Assembly: GCA_040878345.1 (NCBI GenBank)
Contig: JBBDML010000019.1
Location: 21,373 to 85,372, forward strand
Direction of reading: 5' to 3'
Length of the DNA: 64,000 nucleotides
Source: Acidimicrobiia bacterium
GTDB lineage: Bacteria; Actinomycetota; Acidimicrobiia; Spongiisociales; ZC4RG35
Program-made: the position numbers and the translations under genes
The notes under the pieces: generated by a model
What the model was told of the DNA's origin: nothing
The model's database searches: none
Seen by the model: the letters and a program-made list of their open reading frames with translations, nothing else
In this document: positions 26,299-35,105 of the stretch, piece after piece
Numbering within the stretch: position 1 is the first letter of the stretch
How the letters are laid out: the number at the start of each line of letters is the position of its first letter

Positions 26299-27297
26299 TC
26301 ACAGTTCGGCCTTCGCCTGACGGGTCATCAGGCTCAGGACCGCGTCCCGAGGGTGGACGCCCTCGTAGAGCACCATGGCGACGTGCTCGGCAATGGGCAT
26401 CTCGACACCGACCCTGGCGGCCAGCCCCAGGACACTGGTGGTGGTCTTGACCCCTTCGGCCACCATGTCCATCTCGGTGACGATGTCTTCGAGCGCACGG
26501 CCCTTGGCTAGCCCATATCCCACCTGGTGGTTTCGGCTCTTCGAGGAGATGCAGGTGGCGATCAGGTCACCCATGCCGGCAAGACCGGCGAAGGTGGAAG
26601 GCCGGCCCCCGAGGCTGACACCGAGCCTGGTCAGCTCGGTCAACGCCCTCGTGATCAAGGTCGCCCGGGTGTTGTCGCCGAAACCGAGACCATCGGACAT
26701 GCCTGCAGCGATCGCCATGACGTTTTTCAAGGCGCCACCCAGCTCGCACCCGATCACGTCGTCGTTGGTGTAGACGCGGAATGTCGGGCCCATCACGACC
26801 GACTGGACCTGGCGGGCGGCGTCGTCGTCGCCCATTGCCACCACCGCCGCGGCCGGCTGGCCCATGGCAACCTCTGCGGCCAGATTGGGCCCGGTGAGCA
26901 CTCCGACCAGACCGGAATCGTGGCCCGGCGCCTCCTCCATGATGACCCTGGTCATGGTGGCCAGGGTGTCCTGCTCGATCCCTTTGGTCAGTGACACCAG
27001 CGGAACGGGCCCGGAGACGTATGGTGCCAGCTCTCTGAAGACCTGACGGAACCCATGGGAGGGGACGGCGATGGCGACTGCCTCGGCTCCATGCATCGCC
27101 TCCTCCATGGACGAGGTGGGCGCAACGTCATCGGGAAGCGAGTATCCAGGCAAGTACCGGGTGTTGGATCGGGTCGCCTGCATCGTCTCGGCCAGCTCCG
27201 GTCTGCGGGCCCAGAGCGAGATCGGGGTCCTGTCGCCGGCCAGGAGGGCCACGGTGGTTCCCCAGGATCCGGCCCCGATCACAGCCAGCTTCCTCAT
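26299..27297 (-). CDS. gpsA: NAD(P)H-dependent glycerol-3-phosphate dehydrogenase
   Basis: 'MRKLAVIGAGSWGTTVA', 'GALKNVMAIAAGMSDGLGFGDNT'. Confidence 0.92.
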   Translation of the reverse strand: MRKLAVIGAGSWGTTVALLAGDRTPISLWARRPELAETMQATRSNTRYLPGYSLPDDVAPTSSMEEAMHGAEAVAIAVPSHGFRQVFRELAPYVSGPVPLVSLTKGIEQDTLATMTRVIMEEAPGHDSGLVGVLTGPNLAAEVAMGQPAAAVVAMGDDDAARQVQSVVMGPTFRVYTNDDVIGCELGGALKNVMAIAAGMSDGLGFGDNTRATLITRALTELTRLGVSLGGRPSTFAGLAGMGDLIATCISSKSRNHQVGYGLAKGRALEDIVTEMDMVAEGVKTTTSVLGLAARVGVEMPIAEHVAMVLYEGVHPRDAVLSLMTRQAKAEL

Positions 27298-27348
27298 GCC
27301 GACACGCTAGCCAGGTACCACCATCGCCCTCCCTAACCTCCGCGGCCG

Positions 27349-28431
27349 ATGAGCCTCTCGATCGGGATCGTCGGCCTGCCCAACGTCGGGAAGTCGACAC
27401 TGTTCAACGCCTTGACGGCTGCCGCCGCCCTGGCCGCCAATTACCCCTTTGCCACCATCGAGCCCAACGTCGGCGTAGTCCCCATCCCCGACCCCCGACT
27501 CGAGACGCTCGCCCGGATCTTCTCCTCGGCGAAGACAACGCCGGCGACCGTGAGGTTCGTCGACATCGCCGGGCTGGTCAGGGGGGCGAGCCAGGGCGAG
27601 GGGCTGGGCAACCAGTTCCTGGGGAACATCCGCGACGTCAGCGCCATCTGTCACGTGGTACGTACATTCCACTCGGTCAGCGTCACCCATATAGAGGAGT
27701 TGATCGACCCCCGAAGGGACATCGAGACCATCGAGACCGAGTTGGCGCTCGCCGACCTCGAGACCATCGATAGACGGCTGCCTCGTCTCGAGAAGGAGGC
27801 CACCGTCGACCGTTCCCTGCTGCCACGGGTAGGGCTGCTGACCGAGGTCCGCGGCGTGGTGGCGTCAGGCCGGATGCTCGGCGCCGATCCCCGACTCATG
27901 GCCCGCAGCGCCGAGCTCGCCGACCTCCAACTCCTGACCGCCAAGCCCATGATCTACGTGTTCAACGCCGACCACGACCTTCTCGGGGATACTCATCGGC
28001 GCCACCAGCTGGCGGGTCTGGTGGCCCCGGCCGAGGCGCTCTTCCTGGACGCCGAGTTCGAAGCCGATGCGGCCCGCCTTCCGCCGACGGAGCGCGCCGA
28101 GTTGCTCGAGATGGCGGGCCTCGAGGAGCCTGGTCTCGACGTGGTGACTCGATCCGCATACCGAACCCTTGGCTTGCAGAGCTTTCTCACCGCCGGGCCC
28201 AAGGAGGCGCGGGCCTGGACGATCCCAACCGGGGCGACCGCGCAGGAGGCGGCGGGTCTGATCCACACCGACTTCCAGCGGGGCTTCATCGCCGCCGAGG
28301 TCGTGGGCTTCGAGCGACTGCTCGAGGCCGGCTCGTGGCAGGCGGCCCGGGCCGCGGGGGCGGTCCGATCTGAGGGCAAGGGCTATGTCATGGGCCCGGA
28401 CGACGTGGTCGAGTTCAGGTTCAACGTCTGA
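27349..28431 (+). CDS. ychF: Ribosome-binding ATPase YchF (Obg-like)
   Basis: 'IGIVGLPNVGKSTLFNALT', 'FVDIAGLVRGAS', C-terminal TGS 'RAWTIPTGATAQEAAGLIHTDFQRGFI'. Confidence 0.95.
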   Translation: MSLSIGIVGLPNVGKSTLFNALTAAAALAANYPFATIEPNVGVVPIPDPRLETLARIFSSAKTTPATVRFVDIAGLVRGASQGEGLGNQFLGNIRDVSAICHVVRTFHSVSVTHIEELIDPRRDIETIETELALADLETIDRRLPRLEKEATVDRSLLPRVGLLTEVRGVVASGRMLGADPRLMARSAELADLQLLTAKPMIYVFNADHDLLGDTHRRHQLAGLVAPAEALFLDAEFEADAARLPPTERAELLEMAGLEEPGLDVVTRSAYRTLGLQSFLTAGPKEARAWTIPTGATAQEAAGLIHTDFQRGFIAAEVVGFERLLEAGSWQAARAAGAVRSEGKGYVMGPDDVVEFRFNV

Positions 28432-28442
28432 AGCAGCAGCGG

Positions 28443-28508
28443 AGCCGCTGCGTACTGGCTCGGCTTCGCCTCGCCAGCCGCTGCGTACTGGCTCGGCTTC
28501 GCCTCGCC
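28443..28508. repeat. Exact 33-nt tandem duplication (agccgctgcgtactggctcggcttcgcctcgcc x2)
   Basis: Copies at 28443-28475 and 28476-28508 are identical. The first begins 12 nt after the ychF stop. Confidence 0.95.
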
Positions 28509-28579
28509 GTACTTGGTACTTCGTACTTCGACTCCAAGGCAGGCCCTTTTCCAACTACCAGGTACCGGGTACCAAGTAC
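28509..28579. repeat. GTAC-rich inverted repeat (gtacttggtac ... gtaccaagtac) with internal gtactt/ggtacc reiterations
   Basis: 11-bp arms at 28509-28519 and 28569-28579. AT-richer than the surroundings. Confidence 0.8.
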
Positions 28580-28580
28580 C

Positions 28581-28586
28581 TACAAT
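28581..28586 (+). promoter_or_regulatory. Candidate -10 hexamer TACAAT for the gcvP leader
   Basis: Consensus-like TAnnnT about 15-20 nt upstream of the riboswitch P1. No convincing -35. Confidence 0.35.
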
Positions 28587-28597
28587 GCAATCGCCGT

Positions 28598-28740
28598 AGA
28601 TGCCGGCGGGAGAGCCCCGAGTGGGGCGCCGAAGGGGCAACACCTTCCCGGAAACTCTCAGGCGACCTGGACCGACCGGCTGAGGCAGCGCTGAAGGGGA
28701 CGACAGCGGGGAAGGGTCAAGAGACCGCAACACGGAGACC
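28598..28740 (+). promoter_or_regulatory. Glycine riboswitch (single aptamer plus expression platform) in the gcvP 5' leader
   Basis: P1 'GCCGG...CCGGC' encloses 'GGGAGAG...CGCCGAAGGGGCAAC...CTCTCAGGCgacctGGAC' (28602-28680), the conserved glycine-aptamer core. A GGAGA SD precedes the ATG at 28743. Confidence 0.8.
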
Positions 28741-28742
28741 CG

Positions 28743-31568
28743 ATGCCCCAGACCTCCCAGCCCGGCTTCGCCAGCCGACACATCGGCCCGCGACCCTCCG
28801 ACATCGAGCGGATGTTGTCCCTGGTAGGCGCATCCAGTCTCGACGAGTTGGTCGCCACCACCATCCCCGCTTCGATCCTGGACACCAGGTTGGACCTCCC
28901 TCCGGCGATGACCGAGCCGGAGCTGATACGACATCTCGCTGGGATCGCCGGGAAGAACCGGCTGGTGCGATCGTTGATCGGGCTCGGGTATCACGACACC
29001 CACACCCCGGCCGTGATCCAGCGGAACGTTCTCGAGGACCCGGCGTGGTACACCGCCTACACCCCATATCAGCCTGAGATCTCACAGGGCCGTCTCGAGG
29101 CCCTGCTCAACTTCCAGACCATGGTCGCCGATCTCACTGGGCTCGACATCGCCAACGCGTCGCTTCTCGACGAGCCCACTGCGGCCGCCGAGGCGATGGC
29201 GATGGCCCGTCGCCTGCATCGCGGCGACCGTGATGTCTTCTTTGTCGACCCCGACTGTCACCTGCCCACCCGTGCGGTGTTGGAGACCCGGGCACAGGCC
29301 ATCGGTGTCGAGGTCGAGGATCTCGATGATGAAGCCGATCCCACTGTGTCGTTTGGGGCACTCCTCGCCTACCCGGGATCATCCGGGGCCATCCCCGATC
29401 ACGGTGAGACGGTGAATCGGTTCCATGAGGCGGGGGCAATGGTGGTGGTCACCACCGATCTGCTGGCACTGACCTCGATCGTCCCCCCCGGGGAATGGGG
29501 CGCCGACGTCGCCGTCGGGTCGGCGCAGCGGTTCGGGGTCCCCATGGGGTTCGGGGGCCCCCATGCCGCTTTCATCGCCTGTCGCCAGGACCAGGTTCGC
29601 GCCCTACCGGGCCGATTGGTCGGGGTCTCCAGAGACCAGGCCGGCCGGACCGCCTACCGGCTGGCCCTCCAGACACGCGAACAGCACATCCGTCGTGAGA
29701 AGGCGACCTCCAATGTCTGCACCGCACAGGTCTTGCTGGCGGTGGTGGCCGGCCTCTACGCCTGCTGGCATGGCCCCGAGGGAGTGAAGGGGATCGCCGA
29801 CCAGGTCCACGACCTCACGGGGCGGCTTGCCGCATCACTCACGGCCTCCGGTCACCGGCTGGCCAACCCGAGCTGGTTCGACACCCTGACCGTGGTGGTC
29901 CCCGGCCGCGCCGATGAGATCCTGGCTTCCGCCGTCTCATCCGGACTGAATCTCGGACGGGTCGACGCCGACCGGGTCAGGATCGCACTCGACGAGACGT
30001 GTGACACCCGGGTGATCGAGACGATTATCGGCGTCTTCGGTGGGTCCCTGGTAGAGACGCCGGAGCCCGGGATCCCGGACGGCCTGGTCAGGGCCAGCGA
30101 GTTCCTCACCCACCCGGTATTCCACGCCCACCGCTCCGAGCACGAGATGCTGCGGTATCTGCGTCGTCTGGCCGACAAGGACCTGGCCCTCGATCGGACC
30201 ATGATTCCTCTCGGGTCTTGCACCATGAAGCTCAACGCCACCACCGAGATGGTGCCGATGACCTGGCCCGAGTTCGCCGATATCCACCCTTACGCCCCAC
30301 TGGACCAGGCGGAGGGCTACCTGGAGCTGATCAGGGAGCTCGAGGCATACTTGGCGTCGATCACCGGGTATGACCGGGTCTCCCTCCAACCCAATGCCGG
30401 CTCGCAGGGAGAGCTCGCCGGACTGCTCGCCATCGCCGCCTATCACCGTTCGCGAGGCGAGCCCGAGCGGGATGTCTGCCTGATCCCGGCATCGGCCCAT
30501 GGCACCAATGCCGCCTCGGCGGTCATGGCCGGCATGCGGGTCGTGGTGGTCGCCACCGACGAGGCCGGAAACGTCGACCTCGACGACCTGGAGCGGCTGG
30601 CGGCGGAGCACTCGTCCCACCTGGCGGCGGCGATGATCACATACCCGTCGACTCATGGAGTCTTCGAGCCCGGGATGAGGAGGCTCGCCGAGATCGTCCA
30701 CGTCAACGAGGGTCAGGTGTACGTCGACGGCGCAAATCTCAATGCCCTGGTCGGCCTGGCACGGCCCGGCGACTTCGGGGCCGATGTCGGCCATCTCAAT
30801 CTCCACAAGACGTTCACCATTCCCCATGGTGGCGGAGGCCCCGGAATGGGGCCCCTTGGGGTGAAGGAGCACCTTGCCCCGTTCCTCCCTAATCATCCGC
30901 TGGTTGCCGCCGCCGGGCCCGAAACCGGGATCGGGCCGATCTCGGGCGCCCCGTTCGGGTCTGCCGGCATCCTTCCCATCCCCTACGCCTACATTCGGCT
31001 GATGGGAGCCGAGGGGCTTCGTCGGGCGACCCAGGTGGCGATTCTCTCCGCCAACTACCTGGCTCGCCGACTCGAGCCCCATTACCCGGTGCTCTATACC
31101 GGCGAGGGTGGCCGGGTGGCCCACGAGTGCATCCTCGACTTGCGCCCCCTGACCCGGGAGACCGGGGTAACCGCCGAGGACGTGGCGAAACGTCTCGCCG
31201 ACTATGGCTTTCACGCCCCCACCCTCTCCTTCCCGGTGCCGGGGACCCTGATGGTCGAGCCCACCGAGTCGGAGAGCCTCGTGGAGCTCGAGCGCTTCTG
31301 CGAGGCAATGATCGCGATTCGGGAAGAGGCCCGCCGTGTCGGTTCAGGTGAGTGGCCGGCAGGTGACAACCCTCTGGTGCTGGCCCCGCACACCGCCGCG
31401 GACGTCGTCTCCGACAAGTGGGAGCGGTCCTACACCCGAGAGGAAGCGGCATTCCCGGTGCCATGGCTGACGGACTCCAAGTACTGGCCGCCGGTGGGGA
31501 GAGTCGACGGGGCCGGTGGCGACCGAAACCTGATGTGCTCTTGCCCCCCACTGGACGCTTACCGATGA
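28743..31568 (+). CDS. gcvP: Glycine dehydrogenase (decarboxylating), fused P-protein of the glycine cleavage system
   Basis: 941 aa. 'FASRHIGP', '[21 protein letters not shown]', '[16 protein letters not shown]' (PLP-lysine region). Confidence 0.95.
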   Translation: MPQTSQPGFASRHIGPRPSDIERMLSLVGASSLDELVATTIPASILDTRLDLPPAMTEPELIRHLAGIAGKNRLVRSLIGLGYHDTHTPAVIQRNVLEDPAWYTAYTPYQPEISQGRLEALLNFQTMVADLTGLDIANASLLDEPTAAAEAMAMARRLHRGDRDVFFVDPDCHLPTRAVLETRAQAIGVEVEDLDDEADPTVSFGALLAYPGSSGAIPDHGETVNRFHEAGAMVVVTTDLLALTSIVPPGEWGADVAVGSAQRFGVPMGFGGPHAAFIACRQDQVRALPGRLVGVSRDQAGRTAYRLALQTREQHIRREKATSNVCTAQVLLAVVAGLYACWHGPEGVKGIADQVHDLTGRLAASLTASGHRLANPSWFDTLTVVVPGRADEILASAVSSGLNLGRVDADRVRIALDETCDTRVIETIIGVFGGSLVETPEPGIPDGLVRASEFLTHPVFHAHRSEHEMLRYLRRLADKDLALDRTMIPLGSCTMKLNATTEMVPMTWPEFADIHPYAPLDQAEGYLELIRELEAYLASITGYDRVSLQPNAGSQGELAGLLAIAAYHRSRGEPERDVCLIPASAHGTNAASAVMAGMRVVVVATDEAGNVDLDDLERLAAEHSSHLAAAMITYPSTHGVFEPGMRRLAEIVHVNEGQVYVDGANLNALVGLARPGDFGADVGHLNLHKTFTIPHGGGGPGMGPLGVKEHLAPFLPNHPLVAAAGPETGIGPISGAPFGSAGILPIPYAYIRLMGAEGLRRATQVAILSANYLARRLEPHYPVLYTGEGGRVAHECILDLRPLTRETGVTAEDVAKRLADYGFHAPTLSFPVPGTLMVEPTESESLVELERFCEAMIAIREEARRVGSGEWPAGDNPLVLAPHTAADVVSDKWERSYTREEAAFPVPWLTDSKYWPPVGRVDGAGGDRNLMCSCPPLDAYR

Positions 31569-31663
31569 ACTCCTCCGTACCGACTCGACCTTGACATTCC
31601 TGTTGGCAATGGGATCGTGAGACACCACAATCCGAGGGCGCGGGGCGTTATGAAGGTGAAGCG

Positions 31664-33685
31664 GTGAAGTTCGGCGGTCAAGTTCGCATCCCAGAGGTGG
31701 ATCACCCCGGGATTCCGGCCACGGTCCTGGTAGAGGACAATCAGGTCGAGTTGGTTCTCGACGGAGAATCACTTGGAAGATGGTCACTGTACGACGTCCG
31801 CGCCCGGAGACTGATCTCGAGCGCATTCCAGCTCGAGTTGGACGGCGAGGAAGTCACCTTCATCGCCGACGAGCCGATCGACTTCGCCTATCGAGGGGTC
31901 GACCACATGGCCGAAGTCTGGGCCCGCTTCAAGACGATGCGGGCCCCCCGTCGGGCTGTTGCGGTGCGCAAGTCTCGGGGGGGCACCAAGCCATCGCGGG
32001 TCCAGGAACTGCGTGACGCCATGGAGGCGAATTTGCAGGCTCAGCAGCACCCCCGCCCGGAGCCGGCCCCGGAGATGCCTCATTCCCCGGTCGTCGAGGA
32101 CACCGCTGGGGTGGAGGAGATTCCGGTGGTTCCGGAGCCCGATACTGCCGAGCCGCCGGCCGCCAAGACACCTGCCAGGAAGACCCCGACTCGATCCCCT
32201 GCGTCCAAGGCCGCATCCACATCGAAGCCCGCCCCCGCCAAGACCACCACACCCAGGTCGGCCCCGGCCTCGAAGCCGGCCGCCGCGCCCAAGCCCACGA
32301 CCGCCAGGAGTCGAGCCAAGCCTCCGGTCGCCGAGCCGGTGGCGCCAGAGCCTGAAGTTGTCGAGCCGGCGGCGGAGGTGGCACCCGAACCGGTTGCGCC
32401 GGCTCCGGCGGCCGCGGTTCCGGCCACCCCAGCCCCTCCGGAGCGGAAGGTGGAGCCTCCGATCGAACGTTCCGGTCATGATCGGCTGGCTGAGGAGAAA
32501 TCGGCCCTGGTGGCGGAGCGGGCACGACTCGAAGGGGAGAGGGTTCGTCTCGAACAGTTGCGGAAAGAGGCGGAGGAGCGAGATGCCCGCCGGATCGAGG
32601 CATTCCGACTCGAGATGGCCAGGCTCGAGACGGAGCGCGCCCAGCAGGACGGGCGTGAGCGAGAGCGTTCGCTTGTGTTCCAGAACGAGATGAAGGCGCT
32701 CCAGGCCGAGAGAGAGAAGCTGGAGGCCCTGGAGAACGAGAGACGGACCAAGGCGCAAGAGGACGAGGAGCGGGCACAGGCCCTGAGACGGGAGATGAAT
32801 CGCATCGAGGTCGAGCGCCAGCAGATGGAGCGTCTCGAGGCCGAGCGCCTGGCCGCGGCACAACGCGACATGGAGGCGGTGCGCTCCAAGCGGCTGGAGC
32901 TGGAACGGCTGGAAGCCGAGCGAGCCGAGAAGGCACGCATCGAGGTGGAGCGCGTCGAGGGGGCACGAGCTAAAGCTGAGGCCGAGGCGGCGCGCATCGA
33001 GGCCGAACGCGTCGAGCAGGCGCGCGCCGTTGCCGAAAAAGAGTCCCGTCGCCAGGCCGCCGCGAGACAGGCGACCGAGCGCAGGCTGGCGGAGGAAGCC
33101 GAACCGGCTCGTCTCGCAGCCGAGGCGGCAGATGCCGCCCGCCTGAAGGCGGAGGGGCTGGCGCAGGCCAAGAAAGCAGCCGAGGCGGCAGATGTCGCTC
33201 GTCTGGAGGCGGAGGGGCTGGCGCAGGCCAAGAAGGCTGCCGAGCAGGCCGAGGCGGAGGGGCTGGCGCAGGCCAAGGAGGCTGCCGAGCAGGCCGAGGC
33301 GGAGGGGCTGGCGCAGGCCAAGAAGGCTGCCGAGCAGGCCGAGAAGAAGCGTGGCGCTGCCAGGGAGGCTGCCCCTGATGCCGAGAAGGCCCGTGACGAC
33401 CGCGGACCCGACGGGACATCGACATCCGACGACGGGTCGGAGTCGGCCAAAGAGCTGGTGGTCGACCTCGGTGTCTACGAGACCGAGCCCTCACCCAACG
33501 GCCCGATCCCGGCCATGGCCTCGGCGACGAAGGAGAAGGCCGGATTCATGGGTGCGGTCAAGTCAGCCTTCACTCGCAACGGTCGTGGCCACGAGCACGA
33601 CTTCGTCGAGGCTCCTGGTGGCCTTGGGATCTCCCGCTCGATCTGCCGTGAGTGCGGCTTCGTCTCGATCGGGGCCACCGACTGA
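31664..33685 (+). CDS. Modular coiled-coil protein: small N-terminal globular domain, Pro/Ala-rich spacer, about 300-aa Glu/Arg/Ala coiled coil, acidic Ser/Asp patch, conserved-looking C-terminus with 'CRECGF'
   Basis: GTG start after GAAGG. Coherent architecture on this strand only. Heptad-like 'ERxRLExER' reiteration. Confidence 0.7.
   Translation: MKFGGQVRIPEVDHPGIPATVLVEDNQVELVLDGESLGRWSLYDVRARRLISSAFQLELDGEEVTFIADEPIDFAYRGVDHMAEVWARFKTMRAPRRAVAVRKSRGGTKPSRVQELRDAMEANLQAQQHPRPEPAPEMPHSPVVEDTAGVEEIPVVPEPDTAEPPAAKTPARKTPTRSPASKAASTSKPAPAKTTTPRSAPASKPAAAPKPTTARSRAKPPVAEPVAPEPEVVEPAAEVAPEPVAPAPAAAVPATPAPPERKVEPPIERSGHDRLAEEKSALVAERARLEGERVRLEQLRKEAEERDARRIEAFRLEMARLETERAQQDGRERERSLVFQNEMKALQAEREKLEALENERRTKAQEDEERAQALRREMNRIEVERQQMERLEAERLAAAQRDMEAVRSKRLELERLEAERAEKARIEVERVEGARAKAEAEAARIEAERVEQARAVAEKESRRQAAARQATERRLAEEAEPARLAAEAADAARLKAEGLAQAKKAAEAADVARLEAEGLAQAKKAAEQAEAEGLAQAKEAAEQAEAEGLAQAKKAAEQAEKKRGAAREAAPDAEKARDDRGPDGTSTSDDGSESAKELVVDLGVYETEPSPNGPIPAMASATKEKAGFMGAVKSAFTRNGRGHEHDFVEAPGGLGISRSICRECGFVSIGATD
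33121..33330. repeat. In-frame tandem repeats: 2 x 60 nt (33121, 33181), then 2 x 45 nt (33241, 33286)
   Basis: Near-identical units encoding '(AEAADxARLxAEGLAQAKKA)' and '(AEQAEAEGLAQAKxA)'. Confidence 0.9.
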
Positions 33686-33765
33686 TGCCTTCTCAACAGA
33701 GACACACCTCCCCAGTGGAGTAGTCGGGTAGCCGCCTGAACGCCTGGGGACGGTACTCTCCGCGG

Positions 33766-34806
33766 GTGTCCGTGATACGACCGGTGATCCTCTCGGGCGG
33801 CTCGGGGACCCGTCTTTGGCCACTGTCCACCCACGCTCGCCCCAAGCAGTTCGCCGACCTGATCCCTGGGGCGCCGTCGCTTTTCCAGGCGACGATCAGC
33901 CGGCTCGCCGGCATGGCTGGCGCCGCCCCGCCGATGGTCGTCACCGGCGCCGACCACTTGGGGCTGGTTCGGGCCGACGCCGCCACCTGCGGGGTCGAGC
34001 CCATGGTGGTCATTGTCGAGCCAATGGGTCGGAACACAGCACCTGCAGTCGCCGCCGCCGCCCTCCTCGCCGACTCTGAGGACGTCCTCGTCATCCTCCC
34101 CGCCGATCATCTGATAGGAGACACCGGAGCGTTCCAAGACGGGGTGAGGACCGCAGTGGGCCACGCCCTGTCGGGATCGATAGTTGCTTTCGGAATCACC
34201 CCGACCCGGGCGGAGACAGGTTATGGCTACATCGAGACCGGGGACAGCGTCGGAGACGGATGGCACGTCGCCCGGTTCAAGGAGAAACCGGCGGTCGAGG
34301 AGGCCGGCGAGTTGATGTCCGATGGCCGCCATCTCTGGAACTCGGGCATGTTCGTCGCTATGGCCGGAGCGCTGATCGATGAGATGGCAGCCACCTGCCC
34401 GGCCATCCTCGAGGGGGTCCGAGGAGCGGTTCCCACCTCGATCGAGGGGCTGGCCGTGCTCGGCCCTTCATTCGCGACGGTCGAGGCCATCTCGTTCGAC
34501 CATGCCGTGATGGAGAGGACAGGCCGTGCGGTCGTCATCCCACTCGATGTCGGCTGGGACGACATCGGTTCGTACCAGGCGCTGATGGGGCTGAGCGCCA
34601 AGGATGGTGAGGGCAATGCGGTCTCGGGGCCGGTGATCCTCGAGAACGTGACCGGATCGTTCATCCACGCCACCACCCGGACCGTGGCCGTGGCCGGGAT
34701 GAGCGATGTGATCGTGGTCGAGGCAGCGGACGGCGTGCTGGTGGTGCCCTTGAGTGAAGCGCAACGGGTGAAGGACCTGGCGGAGCGAGACCAGAAACAG
34801 GGATGA
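33766..34806 (+). CDS. manC: Mannose-1-phosphate guanylyltransferase (GDP-mannose pyrophosphorylase)
   Basis: GTG start. 'PVILSGGSGTRLWPLS', 'LPADHLI', 'GYGYIE', 'FKEKP', 'WNSGMF'. Confidence 0.85.
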   Translation: MSVIRPVILSGGSGTRLWPLSTHARPKQFADLIPGAPSLFQATISRLAGMAGAAPPMVVTGADHLGLVRADAATCGVEPMVVIVEPMGRNTAPAVAAAALLADSEDVLVILPADHLIGDTGAFQDGVRTAVGHALSGSIVAFGITPTRAETGYGYIETGDSVGDGWHVARFKEKPAVEEAGELMSDGRHLWNSGMFVAMAGALIDEMAATCPAILEGVRGAVPTSIEGLAVLGPSFATVEAISFDHAVMERTGRAVVIPLDVGWDDIGSYQALMGLSAKDGEGNAVSGPVILENVTGSFIHATTRTVAVAGMSDVIVVEAADGVLVVPLSEAQRVKDLAERDQKQG

Positions 34807-35105
34807 GAGCCCTAATCGTCGGTCTGGCATTGGCCCTCACCGCCTGCTCGGTGGGGCGCGTGCCCGAGGACGCCACCGGGGCCCAGATCTACCAACAGCT
34901 ATGCGTCAACTGCCATGGCGCCGACATGTCGGGCGGCATCGGGCCCGACCTCGGCCCCGGCTCCAACGCGGCCGGACAACCCGACGAGTTCCTCCGGGTG
35001 ACCATCCTCAACGGGCGGGGGAGGATGCCCTCGTTCTCGTCGAGTCTCGACGCTGAACAGGTGGAACGGCTCATCGAGCACATCCGGGAAGTCCAGTCGG
35101 GATGA
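34803..35105 (+). CDS. Class I c-type cytochrome, lipoprotein
   Basis: Lipobox 'LALTACS', heme motif 'CVNCH', distal 'GRMPSF'. ATGA overlaps at both ends. Confidence 0.75.
   Translation: MRALIVGLALALTACSVGRVPEDATGAQIYQQLCVNCHGADMSGGIGPDLGPGSNAAGQPDEFLRVTILNGRGRMPSFSSSLDAEQVERLIEHIREVQSG

Noticed and set aside
28443-28508. The 33-nt direct repeats as a mini-CRISPR array
   Set aside because: Only two abutting copies with no spacers and no cas genes in the window, so this is a tandem duplication.
28681-28740. A second (tandem) glycine aptamer
   Set aside because: Only a degenerate 'CTGAAGGGGAC' is present. The GGAGAG and CTCAGGC...GGAC elements and a closing P1 are not convincingly found. Treated as an expression platform or ghost aptamer pending a covariance-model scan.
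31591-31619. TTGACA at 31591 as the -35 of a promoter for the coiled-coil gene
   Set aside because: No acceptable TAnnnT -10 occurs at 16-18 nt spacing, so this cannot be supported from sequence.
31784-33494. Several long minus- and plus-frame ORFs inside the coiled-coil gene (31784-32863, 31929-32966, 31959-32693, 32476-33450, 32970-33494)
   Set aside because: They are frame-shifted or antisense readings of a repetitive GAG/GCC-rich sequence, giving poly-Arg/Pro/Ser/Ala. Only the 31664-33685 frame has structured termini and a heptad-like rod.
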